Assembly: GCA_947456505.1 (NCBI GenBank)
Contig: CANGTC010000005.1
Span: 3,577 to 67,576 of the forward strand
Length of the DNA: 64,000 nt
Reading direction: 5' to 3'
DNA from: Beijerinckiaceae bacterium
GTDB lineage: Bacteria > Pseudomonadota > Alphaproteobacteria > Rhizobiales > Beijerinckiaceae
A program made the position numbers and the translations under genes. Position 1 is the first letter of the stretch, and each line of letters begins with the position of its first letter. The notes beneath the pieces were generated by a model. That model was given only the letters and a program-made list of their open reading frames with translations. It had not been told where the DNA came from and searched no databases. Below are positions 55,516-64,000 of this stretch, one piece after another.

Positions 55516-57186
55516 ATGAGCATGGCTACGGCGAGCGCCGAGAAGCACCGGCCAATGACAGCCGAAGAGCGAAAGGTCATCATCGCATCTTCCGCAGGAA
55601 CCGTTTTCGAATGGTATGACTTCTATCTTGCAGGGTCTCTGGCGGCGAATATCGCCACGGCATTCGTGCCGGGCAGCAACGAAACAGCCCGATTTATCTT
55701 CGTGCTTTTCGGATTCGCGGCAGGTTTTGCTGTGCGCCCGTTCGGCGCCCTCTTCTTCGGCCGGCTCGGCGACCTCATCGGCCGCAAATATACCTTTCTC
55801 GTCACCATGACCTTGATGGGTCTTTCGACCTTCATCGTCGGCTTGCTGCCAACTTATGAGCAGATCGGCTATCTGGCGCCGGTCGGTTTTATTCTCTGTC
55901 GCCTGACACAGGGCCTTGCGCTTGGTGGAGAATATGGCGGCGCCGCGACCTATGTGGCGGAACATTCGCCTCCTGGCCGTCGCGGCTTTTATACATCATG
56001 GATTCAGACGACCGCGACGGTCGGCTTGTTCCTATCCCTGCTCGTGATTCTCGCCCTCCGTCTGGCGATGGATCCTGCTGAGTTCAACGCACCCTGGGGA
56101 GGATGGCGGATTCCCTTCCTGGTTTCCATCGTCCTGCTCGCGGTCTCGATCTGGATCCGTCTTCAGTTGGCGGAATCGCCCGCCTTCCAGAAGATGAAAG
56201 AGGAAGGCACCAACTCAAAGGCGCCGCTCACTGAGGCGTTTGGCCGTTGGGAAAACGCAAAGATCGGGCTCATCGCCCTATTCGGCGGCACCGCCGGCCA
56301 GGCTGTGGTCTGGTACACAGGACAATTTTATGCCCTGTTCTTCCTGACGCAGACGCTGAAGACGGATGGCACGACAGCCAACCTGCTGATCGCCTTCTCA
56401 CTCCTGGTCGGTACGCCCTTCTTCATCTTTTTCGGCTGGCTGTCAGACAAGATCGGCCGCAAGCCGATCCTGCTTGCAGGCTGCCTGATCGCCGCCGCCA
56501 GCTATATGACCCTGTTCAAAGAACTGGCAAATACGGTGAATCCGGCCCTGTTCAGCGCCACAGAAAAGGTCAAGGTTGTGTTGACTGCGGATAAGGCGGG
56601 TTGCAGCAACCTGTTCGATCCCGTGGGCGTTCGCACCTTTACCCAGCCCTGCGACGTCGTCCGGCGCACCTTGGCCACCAACTCCATCCATTATGATCTC
56701 GTCGAAGGCTCGGCCGGTTCCGAGTTGAAGGCGACAGTTAATGGGACAGAGACCGCGGTGACCGATAATACCGGCGCCGCCGTGGTCGCTGCAGCCCAAG
56801 CTGCGGGTTATCCCAAGCCTGGCGACGCGACCATTCTGAAGCAGACGACCGTCAGCGGGGTTCTTGCTGACCCTCGGGCTATCAAGAGCATGGGTATACT
56901 GTTCATCCTCGTGATCTTCGTCACGATGGTCTACGGGCCCATCGCCGCCCTGCTTGTCGAGTTATTCCCAACTCGCATTCGCTATACCGGCATGTCGCTG
57001 CCCTACCATCTGGGCAACGGCTGGTTCGGCGGCTTCCTGCCTCCCACGGCATTCGCGATCGTCGCCTCGACCGGCGATATTTTCGCCGGCCTCTGGTACC
57101 CGATCATTGTTGCGCTGATCACTTTTGTCATCGGCCTGCTGTTCCTGCCGGAAACCAAGGACCGGGACATCTACGCCAACGATTAA
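55516..57186 (+). CDS. MFS transporter, MHS (metabolite:H+ symporter) family
   Basis: GTVFEWYDF, RPFGA-FFG-LGD-IGRK, QGLALGGEYGGA, SDKIGRK, ELFPTRIRY, PET. Confidence 0.94.
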   Translation: MSMATASAEKHRPMTAEERKVIIASSAGTVFEWYDFYLAGSLAANIATAFVPGSNETARFIFVLFGFAAGFAVRPFGALFFGRLGDLIGRKYTFLVTMTLMGLSTFIVGLLPTYEQIGYLAPVGFILCRLTQGLALGGEYGGAATYVAEHSPPGRRGFYTSWIQTTATVGLFLSLLVILALRLAMDPAEFNAPWGGWRIPFLVSIVLLAVSIWIRLQLAESPAFQKMKEEGTNSKAPLTEAFGRWENAKIGLIALFGGTAGQAVVWYTGQFYALFFLTQTLKTDGTTANLLIAFSLLVGTPFFIFFGWLSDKIGRKPILLAGCLIAAASYMTLFKELANTVNPALFSATEKVKVVLTADKAGCSNLFDPVGVRTFTQPCDVVRRTLATNSIHYDLVEGSAGSELKATVNGTETAVTDNTGAAVVAAAQAAGYPKPGDATILKQTTVSGVLADPRAIKSMGILFILVIFVTMVYGPIAALLVELFPTRIRYTGMSLPYHLGNGWFGGFLPPTAFAIVASTGDIFAGLWYPIIVALITFVIGLLFLPETKDRDIYAND

Positions 57187-57208
57187 GCCGCCGCAGCCCA
57201 CAAGAAGA

Positions 57209-57241
57209 AGCTCTGCGGAGATTCCGCAGGGCTTTTTCTTT
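57209..57241. terminator. Intrinsic terminator, probably bidirectional
   Basis: AGCTCTGCGGA-GAT-TCCGCAGGGCT followed by TTTTCTTT and preceded by AAGAAGA; lies between convergent genes. Confidence 0.8.
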
Positions 57242-57303
57242 GGAAGCTAAGGATAACAACAAGCGTTCAAAGCAGCTTGGGCCGCTGTCAGGATCTCACG
57301 AGT

Positions 57304-57663
57304 TCAACGGCAGACCCGGACGCGGCGCGGCACATAACCATATCCGTCCCACACATCTTCCCGCTCAAACCAGCAGCGGGGGCGGACTGGTGGTGGGGGC
57401 GGCAAGTCATCCTCCACCACATAGGCGGGACCTGGGCCGTAATAGTAGGGTCCAGGACCATAGTAATAGGGCCTGGCGGCGCCTGCAGCCAGCGCCCCAA
57501 GGGCCAACCCGCCCACAACGCCAGCCGCGACTGCGCCCGCACTCGGCCCCCTGCGACGATATTGAGCGGATGCCTCCATGGGCGCCAGCGTCAATAACAC
57601 GCCCGCGAGGGTCGCGACCGCCACGCCGCACCGTAGGGATCTGATCGACAGCACATTTGACAT
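57304..57663 (-). CDS. Small exported Gly/Pro/Tyr-rich protein (BA14K-like Rhizobiales family)
   Basis: Signal peptide, GAVAAGVVGGLALGALAAG, YYYGPGP repeats, CWFER...RVRVC. Confidence 0.75.
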   Translation of the reverse strand: MSNVLSIRSLRCGVAVATLAGVLLTLAPMEASAQYRRRGPSAGAVAAGVVGGLALGALAAGAARPYYYGPGPYYYGPGPAYVVEDDLPPPPPVRPRCWFEREDVWDGYGYVPRRVRVCR

Positions 57664-57905
57664 GGAGCACTCTCCTGGTTCTGACCGCCGCGAATGCAGC
57701 AGCATCGCTCAAGCCACCCTAACTTGCAAATCGTAGCCAAAAATTGCGCCATTTGTGGCGACAAAGCGCTGCCGAAACGAAATTTAGAACGCAGACATCA
57801 GCTAAGCTTAAGTTTTTTGTACACTTTTTTTTTGCAAGCCTATTGAGCGATAACCGAAACACATGTATCTAGAGCTTATGCATATTACGCAAGGTCACCT
57901 GCATC

Positions 57906-57925
57906 GTTACCTTCGCGAAGGTAAC
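57906..57925. promoter_or_regulatory. Perfect 20-bp palindrome, candidate operator
   Basis: GTTACCTTCGCGAAGGTAAC is self-complementary; 65 nt upstream of the OmpR-family ATG. Confidence 0.6.
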
Positions 57926-57990
57926 TTAGTATTTTTGAGCTAAAGCTCAATCTATACTTCACTGCGGCGAATACGGAAAGAGCGACGTCC

Positions 57991-58740
57991 ATGGACACGA
58001 AAACACAGAAGGCGCCCCCGCAGGATGCGGACCAGCAAGCGAGGGCTACTGGCAAGCGGATAGAGACACGGGTCCTCCTGGTTGAAGACAGCGAATCTGT
58101 GCGTCTCATGATCGGCGACTATCTTCGCAGCAATTCGATGCAGGTAGACAACGCCTGGTCTGTGGCGGCTGCGCGCCGTTCGCTCGATTTGTTCAAGCCT
58201 GACATTGTGCTGCTCGATCTCAGCCTCGAAGATGGCGAGTCATTTGACCTCTTGACCTCCATCGCTCGCGCTCAAATACCCTGCATCGTGGTGTCCGCAC
58301 GAGAGTCGGCGCTCGACCGGGTTCTGTCGCTTGAGCTCGGCGCTCAGGACTATATCGTCAAACCCGTCGAGCTTCGTGAACTCCTGTTGCGTATTCGCAT
58401 AGCGCTCAAGGGCACCAATCGGCGTGGGTCCCAGGGATCCATGAACTCTCTTGTCTTTGGCGATCTGGAAGTTGATCAGGTCGAGCGCGAGATGATCTCA
58501 GACAAGAAGGTGCGGGTGCCCCTGACTAGTTCTGAATTCATTGTTCTGCGGTTGCTGATCGCCAACAATGGAAAATTCGTCGAGCGTACGGAAATGGCTC
58601 GCGTGATTGGCCGCTCACGCATGAGCGACCAAAGCCGGGCGCTTGATGTTCTTGTCAGCCGCCTGCGTTCAAAGATCAAGAAGACCGGCTCGACCGTGAC
58701 GATCAAGAATGTGCGAGGCTTGGGTTACGCAATCTACTAG
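57991..58740 (+). CDS. OmpR/PhoB-family response regulator
   Basis: LLVED, DIVLLDL, GAQDYIVKP, LTSSEF, DVLVSRLRSK, VRGLGY. Confidence 0.93.
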   Translation: MDTKTQKAPPQDADQQARATGKRIETRVLLVEDSESVRLMIGDYLRSNSMQVDNAWSVAAARRSLDLFKPDIVLLDLSLEDGESFDLLTSIARAQIPCIVVSARESALDRVLSLELGAQDYIVKPVELRELLLRIRIALKGTNRRGSQGSMNSLVFGDLEVDQVEREMISDKKVRVPLTSSEFIVLRLLIANNGKFVERTEMARVIGRSRMSDQSRALDVLVSRLRSKIKKTGSTVTIKNVRGLGYAIY

Positions 58741-58747
58741 GTTGCTT

Positions 58748-59077
58748 TCAGGATCCGACGAGGGCTTCCATTTCTTCGCAAGCCCTCGCCGTTTCATCAA
58801 GGAGCGACCGCGTCAAATTTTGCCAATCGGAGGGCAGATCATCGACGAGCCGGGCCGCTATCGCTTCCCCATTTTTGGCTCCATACTGGGCCAGGACGCC
58901 TTTGAGCCAATGCGCTTGTTTGCGGACCTGCAAATCGTCGTCGTTGGCGATGGCCGCCTCCAGAATCGCGACAGCCTGATTGCAATCCTTGATAAATTGG
59001 TCCTTGAGGGGCGCGAACTGATCAGCGCCCAGAAGGGAAATGATGTCCTTCAGGTACTTGTGATCGAGATGTGGCAT
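58748..59077 (-). CDS. Stand-alone Hpt phosphotransfer protein
   Basis: Helical, about 110 aa, with QAHWLKG (HxLKG) motif; GGAG RBS. Confidence 0.85.
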   Translation of the reverse strand: MPHLDHKYLKDIISLLGADQFAPLKDQFIKDCNQAVAILEAAIANDDDLQVRKQAHWLKGVLAQYGAKNGEAIAARLVDDLPSDWQNLTRSLLDETARACEEMEALVGS

Positions 59078-59298
59078 TTTTACTCATATCTCCAAGGTCT
59101 TGTTCAAACCAATTTGATACGGTTGTGTTCAAAAGGCAATAAGCTTAAAATGTTTCATTCGGTACATTCCGTCCGAAACGTGAAGAGTTCATTTAATTGC
59201 GTTACCATACGAGCTCATTTGCCAGAAAACGTTCCCACGGCAAGCCCGACCTCGCCGCCATCCCGGCCCCTGCGCGAAAGCCAGATCGGGGGTCAGCG

Positions 59299-61923
59299 GT
59301 GAAGCGTCTGGTCTCGAACAAAAAGATAAGCTCAAGCTTGAGCCGTCTGCCCTTCGTCACCACTCTTTTTGCATGCCTGGCATCCTTGTCCATCAACTGG
59401 TTCGTCGTGCTCGAAATGAGCACCCGGATTGAGAAAAAGGTCACCGAGGACGCTTATCGCGAACTCCATCAGACCAGCACACTGTTCGCAGACCAAATCT
59501 CCAACGCGATCAACTCGATCGACGCCACGCTGCGAATGGCCGGTCACCTGATGTCAGACGAGTCGGCGCACCTCGACAAGCTTATCGAGAAAAAAATCAT
59601 CTCATTGGAACCGCTGGTCCTTTTGACTTTCGTGGACAAGGAAGGGCGAGCAGTCGAGACGAATATGGGGATGGATCCAGATCGAACGAATCTGGCGAAT
59701 GGCGAAAGCGTTCGTGTCCATCTTGATGGCCAGGCTGATGGCTTGTTTATCGGCAAGCCATTGATTGGCCGCGTCTCCCAGACATGGGTCTTCCATCTCT
59801 CACGGAAGGTGCTGAACGCTGACGGTTCCCTGCGCGGCGTTCTGGTCGCCTCCGTCAATCCCTATTACTTCGCTTGTTTCTGGGATGAATTGCTCAAGGG
59901 CGACAATATGGCCGCTCTGGATCCGGCCGTCAGCCTCTATGGCTTCGACGGCGTGATCCGCACGGGATCCCGTCACCTTGAAGCATACCTGACCAATCTG
60001 GTCCCGCAGACAGCCATTCTAACGGCTGCCAACAGCGGCTTAAGCGGGCGCTTCGAATACCAGAGCAACACGGGTCCCCGCGCCAGCAACTTCGTCAAAA
60101 TGATGGATAAGCCGCTGATCGCGGTTGCGAGCTATTCATCGGCAGGCATAGCGGCCCGCGTAGCGCAACAACAAGTTGAGCCCTATACAATTGGTGTCGT
60201 AATATCCGCTATCATTCTTCTGACGGGCGCCATTCTCTTGCTGGCCATGAACACCTGTCGACGGAATGAAAGAAGAGCGGCTGCGGCGGAGATCCGTCTC
60301 GCATCAGCGCTCAACACAATCCAGGACAGCTTCGCTATTTACGATTCTTCAGGGCATCTGTCTGTCTTCAATAAAGCCTTTTCTGAGGCTTTCAGCCAAC
60401 AGGCGATGGCGGCGGATCTGACCACAATGGTCACCTATCTCCAAAGCAAGAGCGAACCAGGCCAGGAAGCTGATGACATAGCGGTTGGGGGCGTCCGCAA
60501 ACGCGATGCTGGGGCCGAGGGTCCGGCGATTGGGCCTGAACGAAAGAATGAAATCAATCTTGGCGCAGATCGGTGGTTGCGCATTGAGAGCTCCAAAACG
60601 CCTATTGGCGAGACTGTCGTATATGGCACCGATGTCAGTGAATCTCGCCTACGCGAGGCCGCTCTGGTGGAGCGCACACGACAGGTTTGGGCGCAGGCGC
60701 GCAAGATGAAAGATCTGGCCGAGATGGCCGAACGCGCCACAAAAGTGAAATCATCCTTCCTGGCAGCGATGAGCCATGAAATCCGCACGCCTCTGAACGC
60801 CATCAACGGCTTCGCTCAGATCCTCGGTAAAGCCGCCGTTGGGGAAGAACCCAAGCACATCTCCAAACTCATCAATCAATCTTGCCGTCATCTGCTTGAT
60901 ATCGTCGATGATATTCTCGACTTCACGCGCCTCGAAGCTGATCGCGTCACGCTCCATCCCAGCCGTATCTCAATTCAGAAACTGATGGAGGAACTTGCCG
61001 AAACGGCGGCAATTCTGACGCAAGGGAAGCCTGTCAAAACCAGCTTCTCTCTGGAACCGGAGACGCCACACCATATTATCGCCGATATGCGCCGCATCAA
61101 GCAGGTGCTTTTGAACCTGGTCAGCAATGCCGCGAAATTCACCCAGAGCGGAGAGATCAAACTCATCGCTTTTATGAAGGGCGATATGATCTGCTTCCAG
61201 GTCGCCGATAGTGGCGATGGGATTGCGCCCATCGTCGGAGAAAGCATTTTTGAGCCCTTCGAGCAGGGATCATTCGCGGGTCGTATTCGCTCATCGGGAA
61301 CTGGACTGGGGCTGGCCATCACCAAGCGCCTGATCAATTTGATGGGCGGGAGCATCAGTTACACAAGCCAACTCGGCATAGGCACCACATTCCATGTGGA
61401 AATGCCGTATATGGATAGCACGAGCCCTCAATTGGACCAGCCCATATCGGTTGGAGCAGAGACCCCGCTTCCCGGTTTGAAGATCCTTATCGCGGAAGAC
61501 GCTCCTTCTTCCCGTATGTTGCTGCGTATGATCTTGACCAAGCAAGGCCACCAGGTTGACGATGTCGACAACGGGCAGAAAGCCTTGGACGCCCTGATGA
61601 AGACTGAATACGACCTCGCCATTCTCGACGTACAAATGCCAATTATGGATGGCCTTGAGGCGGCTGCCGCGCTTCGCGGGTCTCATTGCCCTATGACTGA
61701 TGTCCCACTGATCGCGCTCACAGCCCAGGTCCTCGATGAAGAGGTAGAGCGCATCAAGGCGTCGGGTTTTGATAAGGTGCTTGGCAAGCCATTTATGGAA
61801 GAAGACCTCGTGGCCGCTATTCGCACCCTGGTTCGCGTACCCGCACAAGGAGGCCCAACAGCTGTCGCCGCAGGTCTTCACAGCTCGGCGGCGCCAGAAC
61901 TGGTCCACGACAAGGACGCATAA
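59299..61923 (+). CDS. Hybrid sensor histidine kinase (TM-Cache-like-TM-PAS-like-HisKA-HATPase-REC)
   Basis: FIGKPLIGRVS sensory region, FLAAMSHEIRTPLN, NLVSNAAKFT, DSGDG, GTGLGLAI, ILIAED, ILDVQMP; GTG start with GGGG RBS. Confidence 0.94.
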   Translation: MKRLVSNKKISSSLSRLPFVTTLFACLASLSINWFVVLEMSTRIEKKVTEDAYRELHQTSTLFADQISNAINSIDATLRMAGHLMSDESAHLDKLIEKKIISLEPLVLLTFVDKEGRAVETNMGMDPDRTNLANGESVRVHLDGQADGLFIGKPLIGRVSQTWVFHLSRKVLNADGSLRGVLVASVNPYYFACFWDELLKGDNMAALDPAVSLYGFDGVIRTGSRHLEAYLTNLVPQTAILTAANSGLSGRFEYQSNTGPRASNFVKMMDKPLIAVASYSSAGIAARVAQQQVEPYTIGVVISAIILLTGAILLLAMNTCRRNERRAAAAEIRLASALNTIQDSFAIYDSSGHLSVFNKAFSEAFSQQAMAADLTTMVTYLQSKSEPGQEADDIAVGGVRKRDAGAEGPAIGPERKNEINLGADRWLRIESSKTPIGETVVYGTDVSESRLREAALVERTRQVWAQARKMKDLAEMAERATKVKSSFLAAMSHEIRTPLNAINGFAQILGKAAVGEEPKHISKLINQSCRHLLDIVDDILDFTRLEADRVTLHPSRISIQKLMEELAETAAILTQGKPVKTSFSLEPETPHHIIADMRRIKQVLLNLVSNAAKFTQSGEIKLIAFMKGDMICFQVADSGDGIAPIVGESIFEPFEQGSFAGRIRSSGTGLGLAITKRLINLMGGSISYTSQLGIGTTFHVEMPYMDSTSPQLDQPISVGAETPLPGLKILIAEDAPSSRMLLRMILTKQGHQVDDVDNGQKALDALMKTEYDLAILDVQMPIMDGLEAAAALRGSHCPMTDVPLIALTAQVLDEEVERIKASGFDKVLGKPFMEEDLVAAIRTLVRVPAQGGPTAVAAGLHSSAAPELVHDKDA

Positions 61924-62066
61924 GTACTTTTAATTCCTGCGATATTTTGTGCAAAACTGTCATTTCACGCAGAAGCACAAAAAACGAAACCAACATTTCT
62001 ACCCCCTTGCACTACAGCTGTTATCCCATAGCCCGGCTCATGTAGAGATTGCCGGAGACTAGGGTC

Positions 62067-62378
62067 ATGACAGAATCTTCCGAAGAACCACCAAAGCGCA
62101 AACGCGGCCTTGCCGCGCTTTCCCCCGAACGGCGCCGCGCTATCGCCGCCATGGGCGGTCGCTCAGTACCCGCCGAAAAGCGCGCATTTTCCCAGGACCC
62201 GCAGTTCGCAGCCAAGGCTGGCCGCAAGGGCGGCACCTTGGCGAAGGCGGAGAATCGTTTCTTCTCTCGCTTCCCTGAAAAGGCGGTGCTGGCTGGACAG
62301 ACCTCTGCTGAATTGCGTCGCGCCAAAGCTGAGGCGAACGCTGAGAATTCCAAAGACACGACCACCGTCAAGGACTGA
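62067..62378 (+). CDS. KGG-repeat general stress protein
   Basis: RGLAALSPERRRAIAAMGG, AFSQDPQFAAKAGRKGG. Confidence 0.85.
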   Translation: MTESSEEPPKRKRGLAALSPERRRAIAAMGGRSVPAEKRAFSQDPQFAAKAGRKGGTLAKAENRFFSRFPEKAVLAGQTSAELRRAKAEANAENSKDTTTVKD

Positions 62379-62563
62379 CGACCGGGTGTTACGCTGCATA
62401 AGCGAGCGCGTTCGCTTCAAATAAAAGCGAACGCGCTATCGATCAGCTCTCAGATTGCAGGCTGATGTCCCGACGCCCATATCAAAACACGTCTCTACAG
62501 ACGTTCTCATGACGGCGTCGAGATGTGGGGCTTCCTTGAGAGGCGTGTATTACATCTATCTGC

Positions 62564-63259
62564 TTACGCGCCCTGCTGCATCGCCTCATTAATCATGAAC
62601 GCTGCTTCAGTTCGATTGCGCGCCCGCAGTTTCTTCATGATATTGCGCAAATGCACCTTTACCGTGCTTTCACACATATTCAATTCGTATGCGATGATCT
62701 TATTGGCCTTTCCGCGCCTGACCGCCTCCAGCACCGCGAGTTGACGCGTCGTCAACCCAGACAACCCGGCATGGGCGTCGGCTCCTCTGGCTTCATTTGG
62801 CCTATTAACAGCCAAAAGGCTGGACGCCGGAACATACATTCCGCCTGCCTGCACCAATCGAATCGCCTCGCTCACAACCTTGAGCGACATGGTCATGGGA
62901 ATGAAACCGCTTGCTCCCTGCTCGAGAGCCGCCGTCGCCTGAGAGACTTCCTCGCGCTCGGAAAGGATGACTAAACGGATCCCACGACCACCGTTCAGAA
63001 TGCGCGTAATCTTGCCACTCGTAGCGACATCGATGAACTGGTTTCCAACCGAATATACTACCAGCGTTTCCGCAGCAGGATCGGCAGACAATCCAGCTTC
63101 CAGGCGAGCGATGCAAAGGTCTGCAGAGGCGTAGGATATGATCTCCTCCGCATCTATGCTCATCAGGCACCGCTCCAGGCATTCGCGCAGCAACGGGCGC
63201 TTCTCAATAATGACAAGACGGCGCACAGGCTGCGTACTCTTGCCGGCGACGTTGTGCAT
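62564..63259 (-). CDS. NarL/LuxR-family regulator with degenerate receiver domain
   Basis: C-terminal LTTRQLAVL...GKANKIIAYELNMCESTVKVHLRNIMKKL HTH; receiver-like N-terminus; start uncertain (ORF extends to 63412). Confidence 0.88.
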   Translation of the reverse strand: MHNVAGKSTQPVRRLVIIEKRPLLRECLERCLMSIDAEEIISYASADLCIARLEAGLSADPAAETLVVYSVGNQFIDVATSGKITRILNGGRGIRLVILSEREEVSQATAALEQGASGFIPMTMSLKVVSEAIRLVQAGGMYVPASSLLAVNRPNEARGADAHAGLSGLTTRQLAVLEAVRRGKANKIIAYELNMCESTVKVHLRNIMKKLRARNRTEAAFMINEAMQQGA

Positions 63260-63675
63260 TTCCCCAAGCCCTTCTCCCGAGCAGGTCATCACAGCCGAGG
63301 GAAAGGCTTTATCGCGCCGGTTCATGACTTCGAGATGTTCATTGCTGCGCATGGATGATGTGTCCTCAATGCAGGCTGTACAGCCAAGTTGCGGAAGAAG
63401 TATCAGTTCCAATTACGTTTATTTCAACTGGAAATTTATACTTAAATAGAAATGCATTTTTGATGATTAATCACAGCATTTGTTATTATAATTGTTAAAG
63501 TTATTGAATATGATTAATTCGAACGCGCGAAATACATTCCTATGGGTTAAGTCGAGATTATGCTGCGCAAGGGCATTCCTTTGGGCTCACGACAACAACT
63601 TACGAGGCAAAATGGTTGACAGAGCCTGGCCCCAAGCGTCCACTTGAAAAAACCAGTCAACACATGGGGAGCGCT

Positions 63676-64000
63676 ATGAACCGGGCACGAAGGAATATTC
63701 TTAAAGGCGCAGCTCTGGTGGGCGCTGGAGCAGCCCTCACAAGCGAAGGGACACAAGCACAAGCGGGACCCAAAATCCTGTTTGAAGCACCGCGCACAAC
63801 CATTCCCATCGTCGGCACTACGGATCTCTTCAGCGTACGCCGGATCTATTGCATAGGCCGCAATTACGCAGCCCATTCACGTGAGATGGGTTCTGATCCG
63901 ACCCGTGAGCCACCGTTCTTCTTTCAGAAGCCCACGGACGCCATTCAAATTGTCAAAATTGGCGAGGTGGCGGACCATCCCTACTCTACCCTCACGAAGA
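63676..64000 (+). CDS. Fumarylacetoacetate hydrolase-family protein with Tat-like signal (3' end runs off the window)
   Basis: Not in the ORF track. Manual translation MNRARRNILKGAALVGAGAALTSEGTQAQAG...VRRIYCIGRNYAAHSREMGSDPTREPPFFFQKP; GGGGAG RBS. Confidence 0.88.
   Translation, partial: MNRARRNILKGAALVGAGAALTSEGTQAQAGPKILFEAPRTTIPIVGTTDLFSVRRIYCIGRNYAAHSREMGSDPTREPPFFFQKPTDAIQIVKIGEVADHPYSTLTK

Noticed and set aside
57410-57470. Short tandem repeat encoding YYYGPGP
   Set aside because: Low-complexity coding repeat, not a CRISPR or DNA element
1-64000. Integrase, transposase, prophage, CRISPR array or defence system
   Set aside because: No matching ORFs, terminal inverted repeats or spaced direct repeats were seen

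Overview
GC-rich alphaproteobacterial (Hyphomicrobiales-like) chromosomal segment; the taxonomy is inferred from the gene families and the rlmB/tRNA-Tyr/tRNA-Gly context. Left end: a Csu-type (archaic) chaperone-usher pilus operon just downstream of tRNA-Gly(TCC). About 50.8 kb of accessory DNA lies between tRNA-Gly (3221-3294) and tRNA-Tyr (54059-54143), which are commonly neighbours. Most of it is a ~39 kb catabolic supercluster. It carries three complete xanthine-oxidase-family Mo-hydroxylases, two UbiD (de)carboxylases, three OphC/Pht5-like decarboxylase homologues and a Rieske oxygenase alpha/beta pair. It also has a DUF35/thiolase/CoA-transferase module, a flavin monooxygenase, a VOC protein, an aspartate dehydrogenase, SelO, a LysR regulator and many orphan solute-binding proteins. 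It plausibly degrades heteroaromatic (poly)carboxylates, but the substrate is unknown. A dTDP-rhamnose/glycosyltransferase block follows. Right end: rlmB, an MFS transporter, a hybrid kinase-Hpt-OmpR-LuxR phosphorelay, a KGG stress protein and a Tat-signal-bearing FAH-family gene. No integrase, transposase, CRISPR array or rRNA was seen. All product calls are motif recognition by eye; no database search was run.
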